Below, piece by piece: positions 1 through 9,132 of a stretch of DNA of 64,000 bases. Numbering within the stretch: the first letter of the stretch is position 1; each line of letters starts with the position of its first letter. The notes under the pieces were generated by a model. The model did not search any database. It saw only the letters and a list, made by a program, of their open reading frames with translations, and had not been told where the DNA came from. Source of the DNA: Thalassobaculaceae bacterium. GTDB taxonomy: Bacteria > Pseudomonadota > Alphaproteobacteria > Thalassobaculales > Thalassobaculaceae. The translations under genes and the position numbers were made by a program. The DNA lies in contig OZ245843.1 of the NCBI GenBank assembly GCA_965228875.1, positions 2,958,616 to 3,022,615 of the forward strand, read 5' to 3'.

Positions 1-2
1 CG

Positions 3-476
3 ACCCTGGCCGAGTTTCCGGATTGGAAAATCGAATTCATTATGAAGAACCGCGCCTTCTACAAGCAATATAAGGCAGTCATTGATCCTTGGGTTTGTCA
101 AATTAAGACATTTCCTCCCAGTTTTCAAAAACTGGAATGGAACTGCAAAGGGGGAGAGCGTGACATCTGGAAGCATATCATCCAGTTCCGAGCCAGTGGA
201 ATTCGTGTGAAGAAGGCCGATACGGCTCCCTCACTTATTGCCATGACGACAAGCCAGGTTCCAATTATCGCTTGGCTAAAGCGCTATATGACCCCAAGGG
301 AATGTAGTCGTCTTCAAAGCATGGGCAATCTACAGGTTCTACCCACCACAAAAAACGACGCTTACAAAGCCTTCGGCAACGCCGTTAATGTCGACGTCGT
401 ACGCAACATATTTGACGCTTTGACCGACCGTTCCACCGACGACCTATCATCCCTGACGGCAGTGGCGGCTGAGTAA
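3..476 (+). CDS. DNA (cytosine-5) methyltransferase, C-terminal part (5' truncated)
   Basis: Frame is open to the window edge; motif IX RYMTPRECSRLQ and motif X YKAFGNAVNVDVV. Confidence 0.88.
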   Translation, partial: TLAEFPDWKIEFIMKNRAFYKQYKAVIDPWVCQIKTFPPSFQKLEWNCKGGERDIWKHIIQFRASGIRVKKADTAPSLIAMTTSQVPIIAWLKRYMTPRECSRLQSMGNLQVLPTTKNDAYKAFGNAVNVDVVRNIFDALTDRSTDDLSSLTAVAAE

Positions 477-2050
477 TGGCACAACTTCGTTCGGTCAATA
501 TACGTCCTGGCGTCAATGTTCTCTCAGTTCTGCCGCATCTCAATTACAAGGCGTGGTATGCACTTGCCGAATTCGTCGATAACGCTATTCAAAGCAGTCT
601 CGACAAAAAACGCGAGCTGGCGGTAGCGGACGGCTCCAACTATAAACTGCGCGTCGACATTCGATTTGACGCTCACGAGAACACGATCACGATCACTGAC
701 AACGCAGCAGGGATCGCCGAGTCTGACTATCAACGTGCGTTTCGCCCGGCTGAGATACCACCGGACGCTTCCGGTCTTTCTGAATTCGGCATGGGAATGA
801 AGAGCGCCGCGTGCTGGTTTGCCCCTAATTGGAGCGTACGAACGACAGCTCTCGGTGAGAATATCGAGCGCACAGTGATCTTCGATATTGAGCAGATTGT
901 CGAAGATCGTGTTGAAGAATTACATGTCATATCAACCCAGATCTCCGCCAGTCAACATCACACCGAAATTCGACTTGACAATATCCGGCGCTTTCCACGT
1001 GGGCGCACTCTGCAGAAGATCAAAGATCACCTCTCTAGCATTTACCGCGTCTTCCTGCGCGACGGCACGCTAACGCTCACTGTCGACGGCGAACCGCTCG
1101 CCTATCAGGAGCCCGGTATCCTTGTAGCGCCGAGCTATCGCGACCCCGACGGACCGAACATCACCTGGAGGAGGGAGATCAACATCCCGCTCGGGGAGGG
1201 AAAAAGCGTGACGGGATTCGTTGCCATTCGGGAGCCCGCAAGTACGAAGCTGGCCGGTTTTGCGCTGTTTCGCCGGAAGCGCCTGATCATGGGCAGCTAC
1301 GATGAGACCTACCGTCCAGAAGACATCTTCGGCCGCTCCACCACATACGCGTATCAACGTCTCTTCGGGGAAATTCACCTGAAGGGATTTCAGGTCAGTC
1401 ACACCAAAGATGGGATCAAGTGGGAGGAGAGCGAGGAGGCGTTTCTCCAGGAACTCCGAAAAATTCTCTCCGACGATGCCATGCCCCTCATGCAACAGGT
1501 CCGAGAGCATCGAAGCAAGAAGGACGTCAAGGCCACTCGGAAGGATGCGGCAGCAGCGCTCATCTCAATGGCCAATCGTCTGAACCAACGCACCTTAGCG
1601 GTCGACACGCAACCCGCGGCCAACGATCCGACCCCAACACAGCCGGACACTGTCAGAGCGCTGGGTGAGCCGCCGCTACCTTCCTTGTCTGAGAGCGAGC
1701 ACGAGCGTGTTCAGTTCCGGATGCACTTCCGAAGCGAGGACTGGATCATCTCAATCGAACTCTCATACGCCGACAACGGCGCGGACTGGCTCGATATCCG
1801 CAGTCGTCCTTCGATTGCGGATCCAGAACCTCGAGAGATCACGATCCGGGTCGCGATGCTGCACCCGTTCATGGCGCAGTTTCCCACTATGGATTCGGAG
1901 GGGTTCACCGCGGTGCTCGACATTGCAGCGGCGATGGCACTTGCAGAGGTTATCATGGCGGAGGCAGCTGACCGAACCCCGTCAGCTATACGCCGTCTAA
2001 CGAACGACATTCTCAAGACCCAGATGTCCAAGAGGGTCCGTGATGGCTAA
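476..2050 (+). CDS. GHKL (MORC/MutL/HSP90-like) ATPase, MzaB-like
   Basis: ALAEFVDNAIQS, ITDNAAGI and GLSEFGMGMKSAA GHKL motifs; TAATG overlap with the methylase. Confidence 0.88.
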   Translation: MAQLRSVNIRPGVNVLSVLPHLNYKAWYALAEFVDNAIQSSLDKKRELAVADGSNYKLRVDIRFDAHENTITITDNAAGIAESDYQRAFRPAEIPPDASGLSEFGMGMKSAACWFAPNWSVRTTALGENIERTVIFDIEQIVEDRVEELHVISTQISASQHHTEIRLDNIRRFPRGRTLQKIKDHLSSIYRVFLRDGTLTLTVDGEPLAYQEPGILVAPSYRDPDGPNITWRREINIPLGEGKSVTGFVAIREPASTKLAGFALFRRKRLIMGSYDETYRPEDIFGRSTTYAYQRLFGEIHLKGFQVSHTKDGIKWEESEEAFLQELRKILSDDAMPLMQQVREHRSKKDVKATRKDAAAALISMANRLNQRTLAVDTQPAANDPTPTQPDTVRALGEPPLPSLSESEHERVQFRMHFRSEDWIISIELSYADNGADWLDIRSRPSIADPEPREITIRVAMLHPFMAQFPTMDSEGFTAVLDIAAAMALAEVIMAEAADRTPSAIRRLTNDILKTQMSKRVRDG

Positions 2051-4235
2051 CGACACCACCACCATCCGCGTTAAAGGTGACAGCAAGAAGTGGCAGCCAG
2101 TGCAGGGGGACGCTTTCACCGCACTCCTGAGTTCCGCTTCTTCTTCTTTATCGGATCAGGAACAAGAAAATCTTGTGAAAGAGACGGTCTCGATCCTGAC
2201 CGACTGTGTGCAACCTTCCTCAAAAGATACGAGAAATACGGGCCTGGTAATCGGGTACGTCCAGAGCGGAAAGACCTTATCTTTCACCTCTCTTGCCGCG
2301 CTAGCTCGCGACAATCGATACCGGTTAGTGATTTTGCTCGCTGGCACGACGAATAATTTGGTTGAGCAATCCTTTGATCGACTCAAAGGCGACCTTAATA
2401 TTGCCAATGTGCGTGAGTGGAATTTATTTACTACTCAACAGCAGGCATTTAAGCAAAGTGAAGTGGCCCGCGTCGACTCAGAACTTGCAAAGTGGCGTAG
2501 GAATAGCCCGCGTGCCAGAACGATCCTCATCGTATCCATGAAGCAGCATCAGCACCTCGACAATCTCGCCAATCTGCTTTCTAAGTCTGACTTTTCCGAT
2601 GTTCCAACATTGATTATTGATGACGAAGGCGACCAAGCTGGCTTGAATACTAAAGCGAAGCGGGATGATGAGAGCACCACATACTCTCGTATTCGGGGAC
2701 TGCGTGCTCTGTTTCCTTGCCACACCTATATTCTATACACCGCGACACCGCAGGGTCCCTTACTGATTAGCCGTATCGACGCACTCTCGCCCGACTTCGG
2801 TCGCGTTCTGACACCGGGAACTCATTATGTCGGCGGCCAGGAATTCTTCATCGACGGAGCCAGAAAGTACGTCCAACTCATTCCAAATTCGGAGGTTCCC
2901 GACCGGAACGCCCCTCCGGTGGAACCTCCGGCGACACTCCTTTCCGCCCTTCGTGACTTTTTTGTAGGTGTTGCGATCGGCCTTTTAGAGGATGAGTTTC
3001 AACAAGGCCGCAACCGTTCAATGATGATTCATCCGGCCGTCGCAAAAGACGACCATCTCATGTTTGTGCGCTGGGTAAAGGCGATCAAGAAGAACTGGGC
3101 CACCATTCTTGAAAAGGACAACCATGCGGAACGACCCGCGCTACTTCAGCAGTTCAAGCTCTCCTGTGATGAACTCCTGAAATCGTATACTACCTCTATC
3201 ACGTTCGACGACATCGCCCCGGTTCTGTATGAAGCCATCGAAGAAACCGCGGTTGCCGAACTTAATACGCGTGAGCAGGTTCGAATTACGCCGGTTGATT
3301 GGAAAGGCGAATATAGCTGGATTCTAATAGGCGGCATTGGCTTGGATCGGGGTTTCACTGTTGAAGGCCTTACAGTGAGTTATATGCCTCGGTCGACAGG
3401 GGTGGGAAACGCAGACAACATACAGCAGCGAGCTCGCTTTTTCGGGTACAAGAAGCGCTATCTCGGACTATGTAGAATTTATCTGACCAGTGCAAACATA
3501 GACGCATTTACCGACTATGTCCGTCACGAAGAGTCTATCCGCGGCTCTATCCGTCAACATCTTGCTAAAGGCAAAACCCTCAAGGAGTGGCGCAGAACTT
3601 ATGCGCTGGATCAGAACCTAAAGCCGACTCGTTCCTCAGTGATACTCCTTGAGATGTACCAGTCGAAAGGGCGCGGTGGGTGGATCGTGCCGGATCATCC
3701 CTTTGACGATAGTGAGGTGGTGTCGGAAAATCGGGAGATCGCGGATCGAATTTTATCAAGCTTTACCTTCAGGCAGTACGCCGAGGAAGGATGGAATGCT
3801 GAACAAACCGTTCCCGCCTTTAATGAAAATATATCACTCCAGACCCTTCTTCCACTTATCAGCCAGTTCCGTTACAAGTGGCCCGATGATAGTTTAAAGC
3901 ACGAGTCGTTGATGCTTGTGCTAGAACGCATGCTGGTGGACAAACCAAAGTTGACATGTAGCTACTATGCGTTCTCCGGCCCTTGGAACAACGTTGAATC
4001 AAGGCGCTCTTTGACGGACAAAGAGCCCCCGAAAATTAGAAATCTCTTTCAGGGTTCGAACGCGCGAACCAACTATCCTGGCGCACGCGCTTTGATATCG
4101 TCTGAGACTGTTACCTTTCAACTCCATCGTTACAACATCCAAACAGCGGACAAGAAACGCACGATTCAGGATGTTCCGATATTGGCCGTCCATGTACCAG
4201 ACGAGTTGATGGAGCGCATCTGGATCGAACGGTAA
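2043..4235 (+). CDS. SF2 helicase-like/Z1-domain protein, MzaC-like
   Basis: GYVQSGKT, IIDDEGDQA, YTATPQ, IGGIGLDRGFTVEGLTVSY and QRARFFGY are typical of Z1-domain proteins. Confidence 0.88.
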   Translation: MANDTTTIRVKGDSKKWQPVQGDAFTALLSSASSSLSDQEQENLVKETVSILTDCVQPSSKDTRNTGLVIGYVQSGKTLSFTSLAALARDNRYRLVILLAGTTNNLVEQSFDRLKGDLNIANVREWNLFTTQQQAFKQSEVARVDSELAKWRRNSPRARTILIVSMKQHQHLDNLANLLSKSDFSDVPTLIIDDEGDQAGLNTKAKRDDESTTYSRIRGLRALFPCHTYILYTATPQGPLLISRIDALSPDFGRVLTPGTHYVGGQEFFIDGARKYVQLIPNSEVPDRNAPPVEPPATLLSALRDFFVGVAIGLLEDEFQQGRNRSMMIHPAVAKDDHLMFVRWVKAIKKNWATILEKDNHAERPALLQQFKLSCDELLKSYTTSITFDDIAPVLYEAIEETAVAELNTREQVRITPVDWKGEYSWILIGGIGLDRGFTVEGLTVSYMPRSTGVGNADNIQQRARFFGYKKRYLGLCRIYLTSANIDAFTDYVRHEESIRGSIRQHLAKGKTLKEWRRTYALDQNLKPTRSSVILLEMYQSKGRGGWIVPDHPFDDSEVVSENREIADRILSSFTFRQYAEEGWNAEQTVPAFNENISLQTLLPLISQFRYKWPDDSLKHESLMLVLERMLVDKPKLTCSYYAFSGPWNNVESRRSLTDKEPPKIRNLFQGSNARTNYPGARALISSETVTFQLHRYNIQTADKKRTIQDVPILAVHVPDELMERIWIER

Positions 4236-4243
4236 ATTCCGCG

Positions 4244-5218
4244 ATGCTCTACGAAAAATACATCCAGCTATGTGAGAGAGTGCCGGAGGAAGATCGCGAG
4301 TGGTTTGGCCGACCGATTTCCGATCGCAGCCCCATCTGGCTGTCGATCGATAAAGATCGATGTCCCGCGCTATTTCTCCCGGCGCATGCTCAGGACGTAC
4401 GCCCCGAGATCGCGCTGCGGGCAATCGCCGTCTCCTTTTCTATATCCTGTGAAATTGCGACCAAGGACGGAACTTTTCAAACTGGATGCTATACGGTTAT
4501 CCGGCTTCTTGATTCAGACCCGGATATCGTCCGCCTCTTTACCCGTATCTGCGAGGACTGGTTCTGTTCGCCTTCCGCTAGGATGAGTAATGCGGACATA
4601 GCGCACGCGATTATTGAGATCGCAGCCATATTTATGGAAATATCCGCTGACCAAAGAAATATTATTGGGTTATGGGGAGAACTGTTTACTATATTGTGCG
4701 CAAGTTCGATTCCTGGAGCGGTGAGATGCTGGACTGTTGGAAGGACCGCGAAGTATGATTTTGTCTCCGCAGATTTTGTCTTAGACGTGAAGGCAACTTT
4801 GGCAACGGTGCGCAAGCACCGGTTTTCAATGGAGCAACTGCGGCCGATAAATTCTTGCCAAGCTTATATCGCTTCAGTTTCCCTCGCTGAGACTCAGGGC
4901 GGACTTACAATTGGCGACTTGATGGAGGAGATCGCTCTGCAAATAGCCGATGCAGGTCTCAGAAGCGTATTTACTCGCCAATGCCTAGTGAAGGGCGGAC
5001 GAGATATTTATCGGAGTGATCTCGGGCTTCGGCCTTATCCTGAGTCCAATGCCCTCGCAATCTATCATGCGATGGACATTCCTGTACCGGATATCGCAGC
5101 AGGTGCGCCGATTGAGAACGTCCGGTTCGACGTTGATCTGACGACGTTGCCTGTGCTCGGCGACATTGAAATAAGCCAGGTTCTTCGGTTTAGCCCTCCC
5201 GATTCCGTCGGTGTCTAA
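4244..5218 (+). CDS. PD-(D/E)XK motif protein (DUF4420-like, MzaD-like)
   Basis: IIGLWGELF and KYDF...LDVKAT motifs; lies directly after the Z1 gene. Confidence 0.8.
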   Translation: MLYEKYIQLCERVPEEDREWFGRPISDRSPIWLSIDKDRCPALFLPAHAQDVRPEIALRAIAVSFSISCEIATKDGTFQTGCYTVIRLLDSDPDIVRLFTRICEDWFCSPSARMSNADIAHAIIEIAAIFMEISADQRNIIGLWGELFTILCASSIPGAVRCWTVGRTAKYDFVSADFVLDVKATLATVRKHRFSMEQLRPINSCQAYIASVSLAETQGGLTIGDLMEEIALQIADAGLRSVFTRQCLVKGGRDIYRSDLGLRPYPESNALAIYHAMDIPVPDIAAGAPIENVRFDVDLTTLPVLGDIEISQVLRFSPPDSVGV

Positions 5219-5256
5219 GCGACCGTTACGACAAGCACTCCTGTCTCCTGCTTAAC

Positions 5257-5531
5257 TCCGGCGCGCGTCCGGCTGCGCCGGATCGGGCTGTCGTGAACCG
5301 AATCCCGCTTCTGGCGGGTTTCGGCCATTCGGCTTCCATCCCTCGCGCAAGAGCCTGCCCCATGAGGGGCAGGCGGCGGCCAGCCTGCGGCTGGCGTTCT
5401 TCTTCTTTGAAGTGGGGGCTTGCAGCCCCATCGCCGTCAAGGCCAAGCCCTTCGGGCGCAAATCGGAGAACCGTGGCTCCTCCGGCTTCGCCTCCGTGCG
5501 CCCGCACCATCCCCCGATTTCCGGCCTTGAC
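5257..5531. promoter_or_regulatory. Multi-hairpin leader upstream of ardA (possible ssDNA promoter)
   Basis: Nested inverted repeats GTCAAGGCC (5436)/GGCCTTGAC (5523) and AAATCGG (5460)/CCGATTT (5514), plus several short stem-loops. Confidence 0.45.
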
Positions 5532-5606
5532 CGCATCCCCCTGCTCAGTTGGCGCGGGCCTGTTCGGTTGCATGCGCAACCGCTCAAACAAAAAGGAAAC
5601 AGGCTC

Positions 5607-6110
5607 ATGACCAAACTCTACGCACAACCCTACGACATCACCGCCACCGGCTTCTATTTCGACACCGCCGAGCAGTACGCCGCCTTGGCGGCCAAGGCCG
5701 TGAACGACTACGGCCAGCCGGTCGAGGAATTCGAAATCCAGTTCATTGATGGCGAGGCACTTGACGCCGCGCTGGCCGAGGCGTGGGGGCTGAACCAAGC
5801 GACATTCGCCGCCTTCCTCGAAGCCGCCGACGAATGGGAAGACCACAGCAAGATCCGGTTCATCATCGCCATGCGGGAAGGCATCGGGTTCAACGTCCAG
5901 ACCGACGACATCGACGCGCTGGATGTGGATATCTACGGCGTGGAGACCCTGCGTGAGCTGGCGGAGCAGTTCGTCGATGACGGGCTGTTCGGCGACATCC
6001 CCGAGCCGCTGCGCGGGTACATCGACTATGACGCCATCGCCCGCGATCTGGCCATGGACTACGCCGAAATCACCATCGCCGGAGACCGGCTGGTCTACCG
6101 CTGCTCATAG
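5607..6110 (+). CDS. ardA: Antirestriction protein ArdA (acidic DNA mimic)
   Basis: LYAQPYDITATGFYF...PVEEFEIQFIDG and YIDYDAIARDL; very D/E-rich; AAGGA SD before the ATG at 5607. Confidence 0.82.
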   Translation: MTKLYAQPYDITATGFYFDTAEQYAALAAKAVNDYGQPVEEFEIQFIDGEALDAALAEAWGLNQATFAAFLEAADEWEDHSKIRFIIAMREGIGFNVQTDDIDALDVDIYGVETLRELAEQFVDDGLFGDIPEPLRGYIDYDAIARDLAMDYAEITIAGDRLVYRCS

Positions 6111-6119
6111 GGGGATGTC

Positions 6120-6776
6120 ATGAACCAGCATTCCCCCAAAGACATATGCCAGCTTGGGTTTGACGCGCTCCTCAGTGAGGCGGAGGCCGCAAACGCCTCC
6201 CTTCGCTTTGAGCGCGAGACCGGACACCTGCCCAGCGGATATGACGAGGCGATTCCGTACTACCGGAAACTGATCGAGCAGCATCATGCCGCCATGCTGG
6301 TCGCCGATGAGGAGGCCGTCATGCGCGAGCGCCGCGAGGCACGCGCGCTGGCGCGGAAGCTGAACGGCGGTGAGTCGGGCATTCTCGCGCATGATGATGC
6401 GCCCGGCTACGTGCTGGCGCGGGAAACAGCCGCACCGCAGGGCCGCGTCCCACTCTGGGGGCAGAACGGTGATTTTGTCGTCGAAGTCTTCGGCATGCGG
6501 GTGCGGATCGAAATGCACGGCATGTTCGGTATCGGCAGCACCGCCACATTCTGGCCTGGATTCGCCGCCCGCGCAGTCGACTTCAACGCGCCATTCCTGA
6601 GTGAGACCGGATACCGGAGCTTTCTGGGGCTGACCGCCGCACCCATGTCCGGCATGACGCCGGACAGCTTCGCCCGCGAAGCCATCGCCGCCCACGTGCG
6701 GCGGGGGCTGGGAGGCAAGCTGGTGACAATTACCCCGCAGTACCGCAACGCCGGCAGCGAGGCGGACGATGCCTGA
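6120..6776 (+). CDS. Hypothetical protein downstream of ardA
   Basis: 218-aa ORF with a GGGGA SD, 9 nt after the ardA stop. Confidence 0.7.
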   Translation: MNQHSPKDICQLGFDALLSEAEAANASLRFERETGHLPSGYDEAIPYYRKLIEQHHAAMLVADEEAVMRERREARALARKLNGGESGILAHDDAPGYVLARETAAPQGRVPLWGQNGDFVVEVFGMRVRIEMHGMFGIGSTATFWPGFAARAVDFNAPFLSETGYRSFLGLTAAPMSGMTPDSFAREAIAAHVRRGLGGKLVTITPQYRNAGSEADDA

Positions 6777-6946
6777 TATCGGATTGTCCGATTTTGGAGC
6801 GTTCCGCCCAGACTCTTTCCGGCCTTTCACCCTGCCGAACATTCGGCACGCGGTATCCCCATTGCACGCGTGGAGTTGTTCCCGCACTTCGCCGCTCGCG
6901 TTCCAGCGAGCAGCGGACATGCAAGAAAGGATACTGCCGCCCCATC

Positions 6947-7219
6947 ATGCCGATCGACGCCGAGAAGTACCTGCACCACCTGGCCGAGTTCGACCTGCCG
7001 CACGACCGGAAAGTGGCACTTATCCACAGCGTCGGGGCGATCATGGAAAGCTTTGTGGACCGCGGGTTCGGCGTGCATCCGGTGCAGTTGGCCGAGGCGG
7101 CGGCGCGGAAGCGCAATTCAAGAGCGCCGACCGATCCGGTAGAATCGAGCGATACAGCATTGCCAGAGCAATTTACGGCCGCCGCGCAGCAGAAGGGAGC
7201 AGGCGCCCAGGACCTTTAA
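6947..7219 (+). CDS. Small hypothetical protein preceding the serine recombinase
   Basis: 90 aa, MPIDAEKYLHHLAEFDL...IMESFVDRGFGVHPVQLA; resembles small ORFs I recall next to such recombinases. Confidence 0.6.
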   Translation: MPIDAEKYLHHLAEFDLPHDRKVALIHSVGAIMESFVDRGFGVHPVQLAEAAARKRNSRAPTDPVESSDTALPEQFTAAAQQKGAGAQDL

Positions 7220-7246
7220 TAGAAGTGAATTGAGGAATTTATCGAT

Positions 7247-8797
7247 ATGACCGCAAAGAAAGCCATTATCTATTGCCGTGTTTCCAACGTGAAGCAGACC
7301 ACGCGGGGCGACGGCCTCAACTCCCAGGAAACACGGTGCCGGGACTACGCCCGTTACAAGGGCTATGAGGTCGTTCTCGTCTTCAAGGACGACGTCAGCG
7401 GCAGTCTTGTTGCTCGTCCTGGCATGGACGCCATGCTTGCCTTTCTGCGCAAGCACCGGAAGACGGACCCGCACGTTGTCATCATCGATGACGTATCGCG
7501 TCTCGCGCGGGGGATTCAGGCCCACTGGCAGCTTCGCGCCAAGATCGCCAACGCCGGGGGAATCCTCGAAAGCCCCTCAATCGAGTTCGGCGACGACGCC
7601 GACAGCGAGATGCACGAGAATATGATCGCGGTGTTCGCGCAGCATCACCGCCGCAAGAACGCCGAACAGACCCTCAACCGCATGCGCTCGCGCGTCCTCA
7701 ACGGTTATTGGACATTCTGGGCACCGCGGGGCTTCACGTTCCAGGCGACACGGTCCGAGGGCAAAGTCCTCGTTCGCGACGAGCCGCTGGCCAGCGTCGT
7801 GCAGGAAGCCCTTGAGGGATTCGCCAGCGGCAGATTCGCCGCCCAGGTCGAAGTGAAGCGCTTCCTCGAAGCACACCCGGCCTTCCCGAAAGACCTGCCG
7901 AACGGAGAAATCCGCCAGCAGCGCGTCGTCGACATGCTCAAGCAGCCGCTCTATGCCGGATACCTCGAAGTGCCTTCCTGGAGCATCCCGCTGCGCAAGG
8001 CACGGCACGAGGGCCTTATCAGCTTCGAGACGTTCCAGCGCATCCAGCACCTGCTCAGGGAGGGCGCACGGACGCCCGCACGGGCCGACCTCAGCGCCGA
8101 TTTCCCCTTGAGGGGCCATGTCACTTGCGGCGACTGCGGCAATCCGCTCACGGCGTGCTGGTCAAAGGGCAAGCAGGGGATCAAGTACCCGTACTACCTC
8201 TGCTACTCGAAGGGCTGCTCCAGCTATCGAAAATCGATTGCGCGCGAGCGAATCGAAGGAGCGTTCGAGGCGCTCCTCAAGGCTCTTCAACCGAGCGATG
8301 CCCTTGTGGGCCTCGCCCGATCCGTCTTCGAAGACCTGTGGAACGACCGCCTGGCCAGCACGGCTGACATCGCCCGCGGGCTCAAGGCCGACCTTGCGAC
8401 CATCGAGAAGCAGACGACCCAGCTCCTCGACCGGATCGTCGAAGCGTCGACCCCCAGCGTGATCGCGGCCTATGAGAAGCGCATCGCGAAGCTGGAGGAG
8501 GACAAGCTCGTCATCGAGGAGAAGCTTCGGGACGGTGTCGGGCCACGATACACCTTCGCGGAATCGTTCGAACCCGCGGTCGAGTTCCTGTTAAAGCCTT
8601 GGAAATTATGGGATTCCGGGGTTCTGGATCACCGCCGGACGGTGCTGAAACTGGTCTTTGCAGACCGACTCCCTTTTTGCCGAAATCGAGGTTTTCGAAC
8701 CCCGAAAACCACCTTGCCGTTCAATGTGTTAGCGGCGATTTCGGCAGGCAAAGAGGGAGTGGCGCGCCCGGGAAGATTCGAACTCCCAACCTCCTGA
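7247..8797 (+). CDS. Large serine recombinase (resolvase, recombinase and Zn-ribbon domains)
   Basis: IIYCRVS catalytic Ser, DDVSRLAR, CGDC...YYLC...C Zn ribbon, coiled coil; GAGGA SD. Confidence 0.93.
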   Translation: MTAKKAIIYCRVSNVKQTTRGDGLNSQETRCRDYARYKGYEVVLVFKDDVSGSLVARPGMDAMLAFLRKHRKTDPHVVIIDDVSRLARGIQAHWQLRAKIANAGGILESPSIEFGDDADSEMHENMIAVFAQHHRRKNAEQTLNRMRSRVLNGYWTFWAPRGFTFQATRSEGKVLVRDEPLASVVQEALEGFASGRFAAQVEVKRFLEAHPAFPKDLPNGEIRQQRVVDMLKQPLYAGYLEVPSWSIPLRKARHEGLISFETFQRIQHLLREGARTPARADLSADFPLRGHVTCGDCGNPLTACWSKGKQGIKYPYYLCYSKGCSSYRKSIARERIEGAFEALLKALQPSDALVGLARSVFEDLWNDRLASTADIARGLKADLATIEKQTTQLLDRIVEASTPSVIAAYEKRIAKLEEDKLVIEEKLRDGVGPRYTFAESFEPAVEFLLKPWKLWDSGVLDHRRTVLKLVFADRLPFCRNRGFRTPKTTLPFNVLAAISAGKEGVARPGRFELPTS

Positions 8798-8836
8798 TCC
8801 GTAGTCAGGTGCTCTATCCAGTTGAGCTACGGGCGC
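8760..8836 (-). tRNA. tRNA-Arg(ACG)
   Basis: Reverse complement is GCGCCCGTAGCTCAACTGGATAGAGCACCTGACTACGGATCAGGAGGTTGGGAGTTCGAATCTTCCCGGGCGCGCCA: cloverleaf, TTCGAA T-loop, CCA end. Confidence 0.97.
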
Positions 8837-9132
8837 TGTTTGCCGGGGGTCGCCCCCCGAAGGCCGCGCAACCTACTCAAACCCCTCACGCTTGGCAAGG
8901 GCCGTCATGCGATTTTCCGCCGGGCAAAAGAACTTGTTCGGATTCCGTGGTTTAAGTAGTATCCCAGCACTGATTTGTGAGCGAGGTCGATGGACAGCCG
9001 CCGACGGGATTCTCGAAAGGGACATTCCACGTGCGCCGACGCCGCGCATCGCATAGAGGGCGCGCCCGACCGCAAGGGGGAGCGGACCGCGTCCTTCGGG
9101 GGTCCGGGTTGGGAATAACAAGGGAAGACGCG

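Larger units (their letters stand above)
1..8759. mobile_element. Right end of a tRNA-Arg-integrated genomic island (defence cargo, ardA, serine recombinase); left boundary is outside the window
   Basis: Recombinase abuts the tRNA 3' end; 1-5220 is visibly AT-richer than the host genes after 8840; carries RM-like and antirestriction genes. Confidence 0.85.

Noticed and set aside
5412..5606. N-terminal extension of ArdA given in the ORF track
   Set aside because: The SD and family similarity point to the ATG at 5607; the upstream part is the hairpin leader
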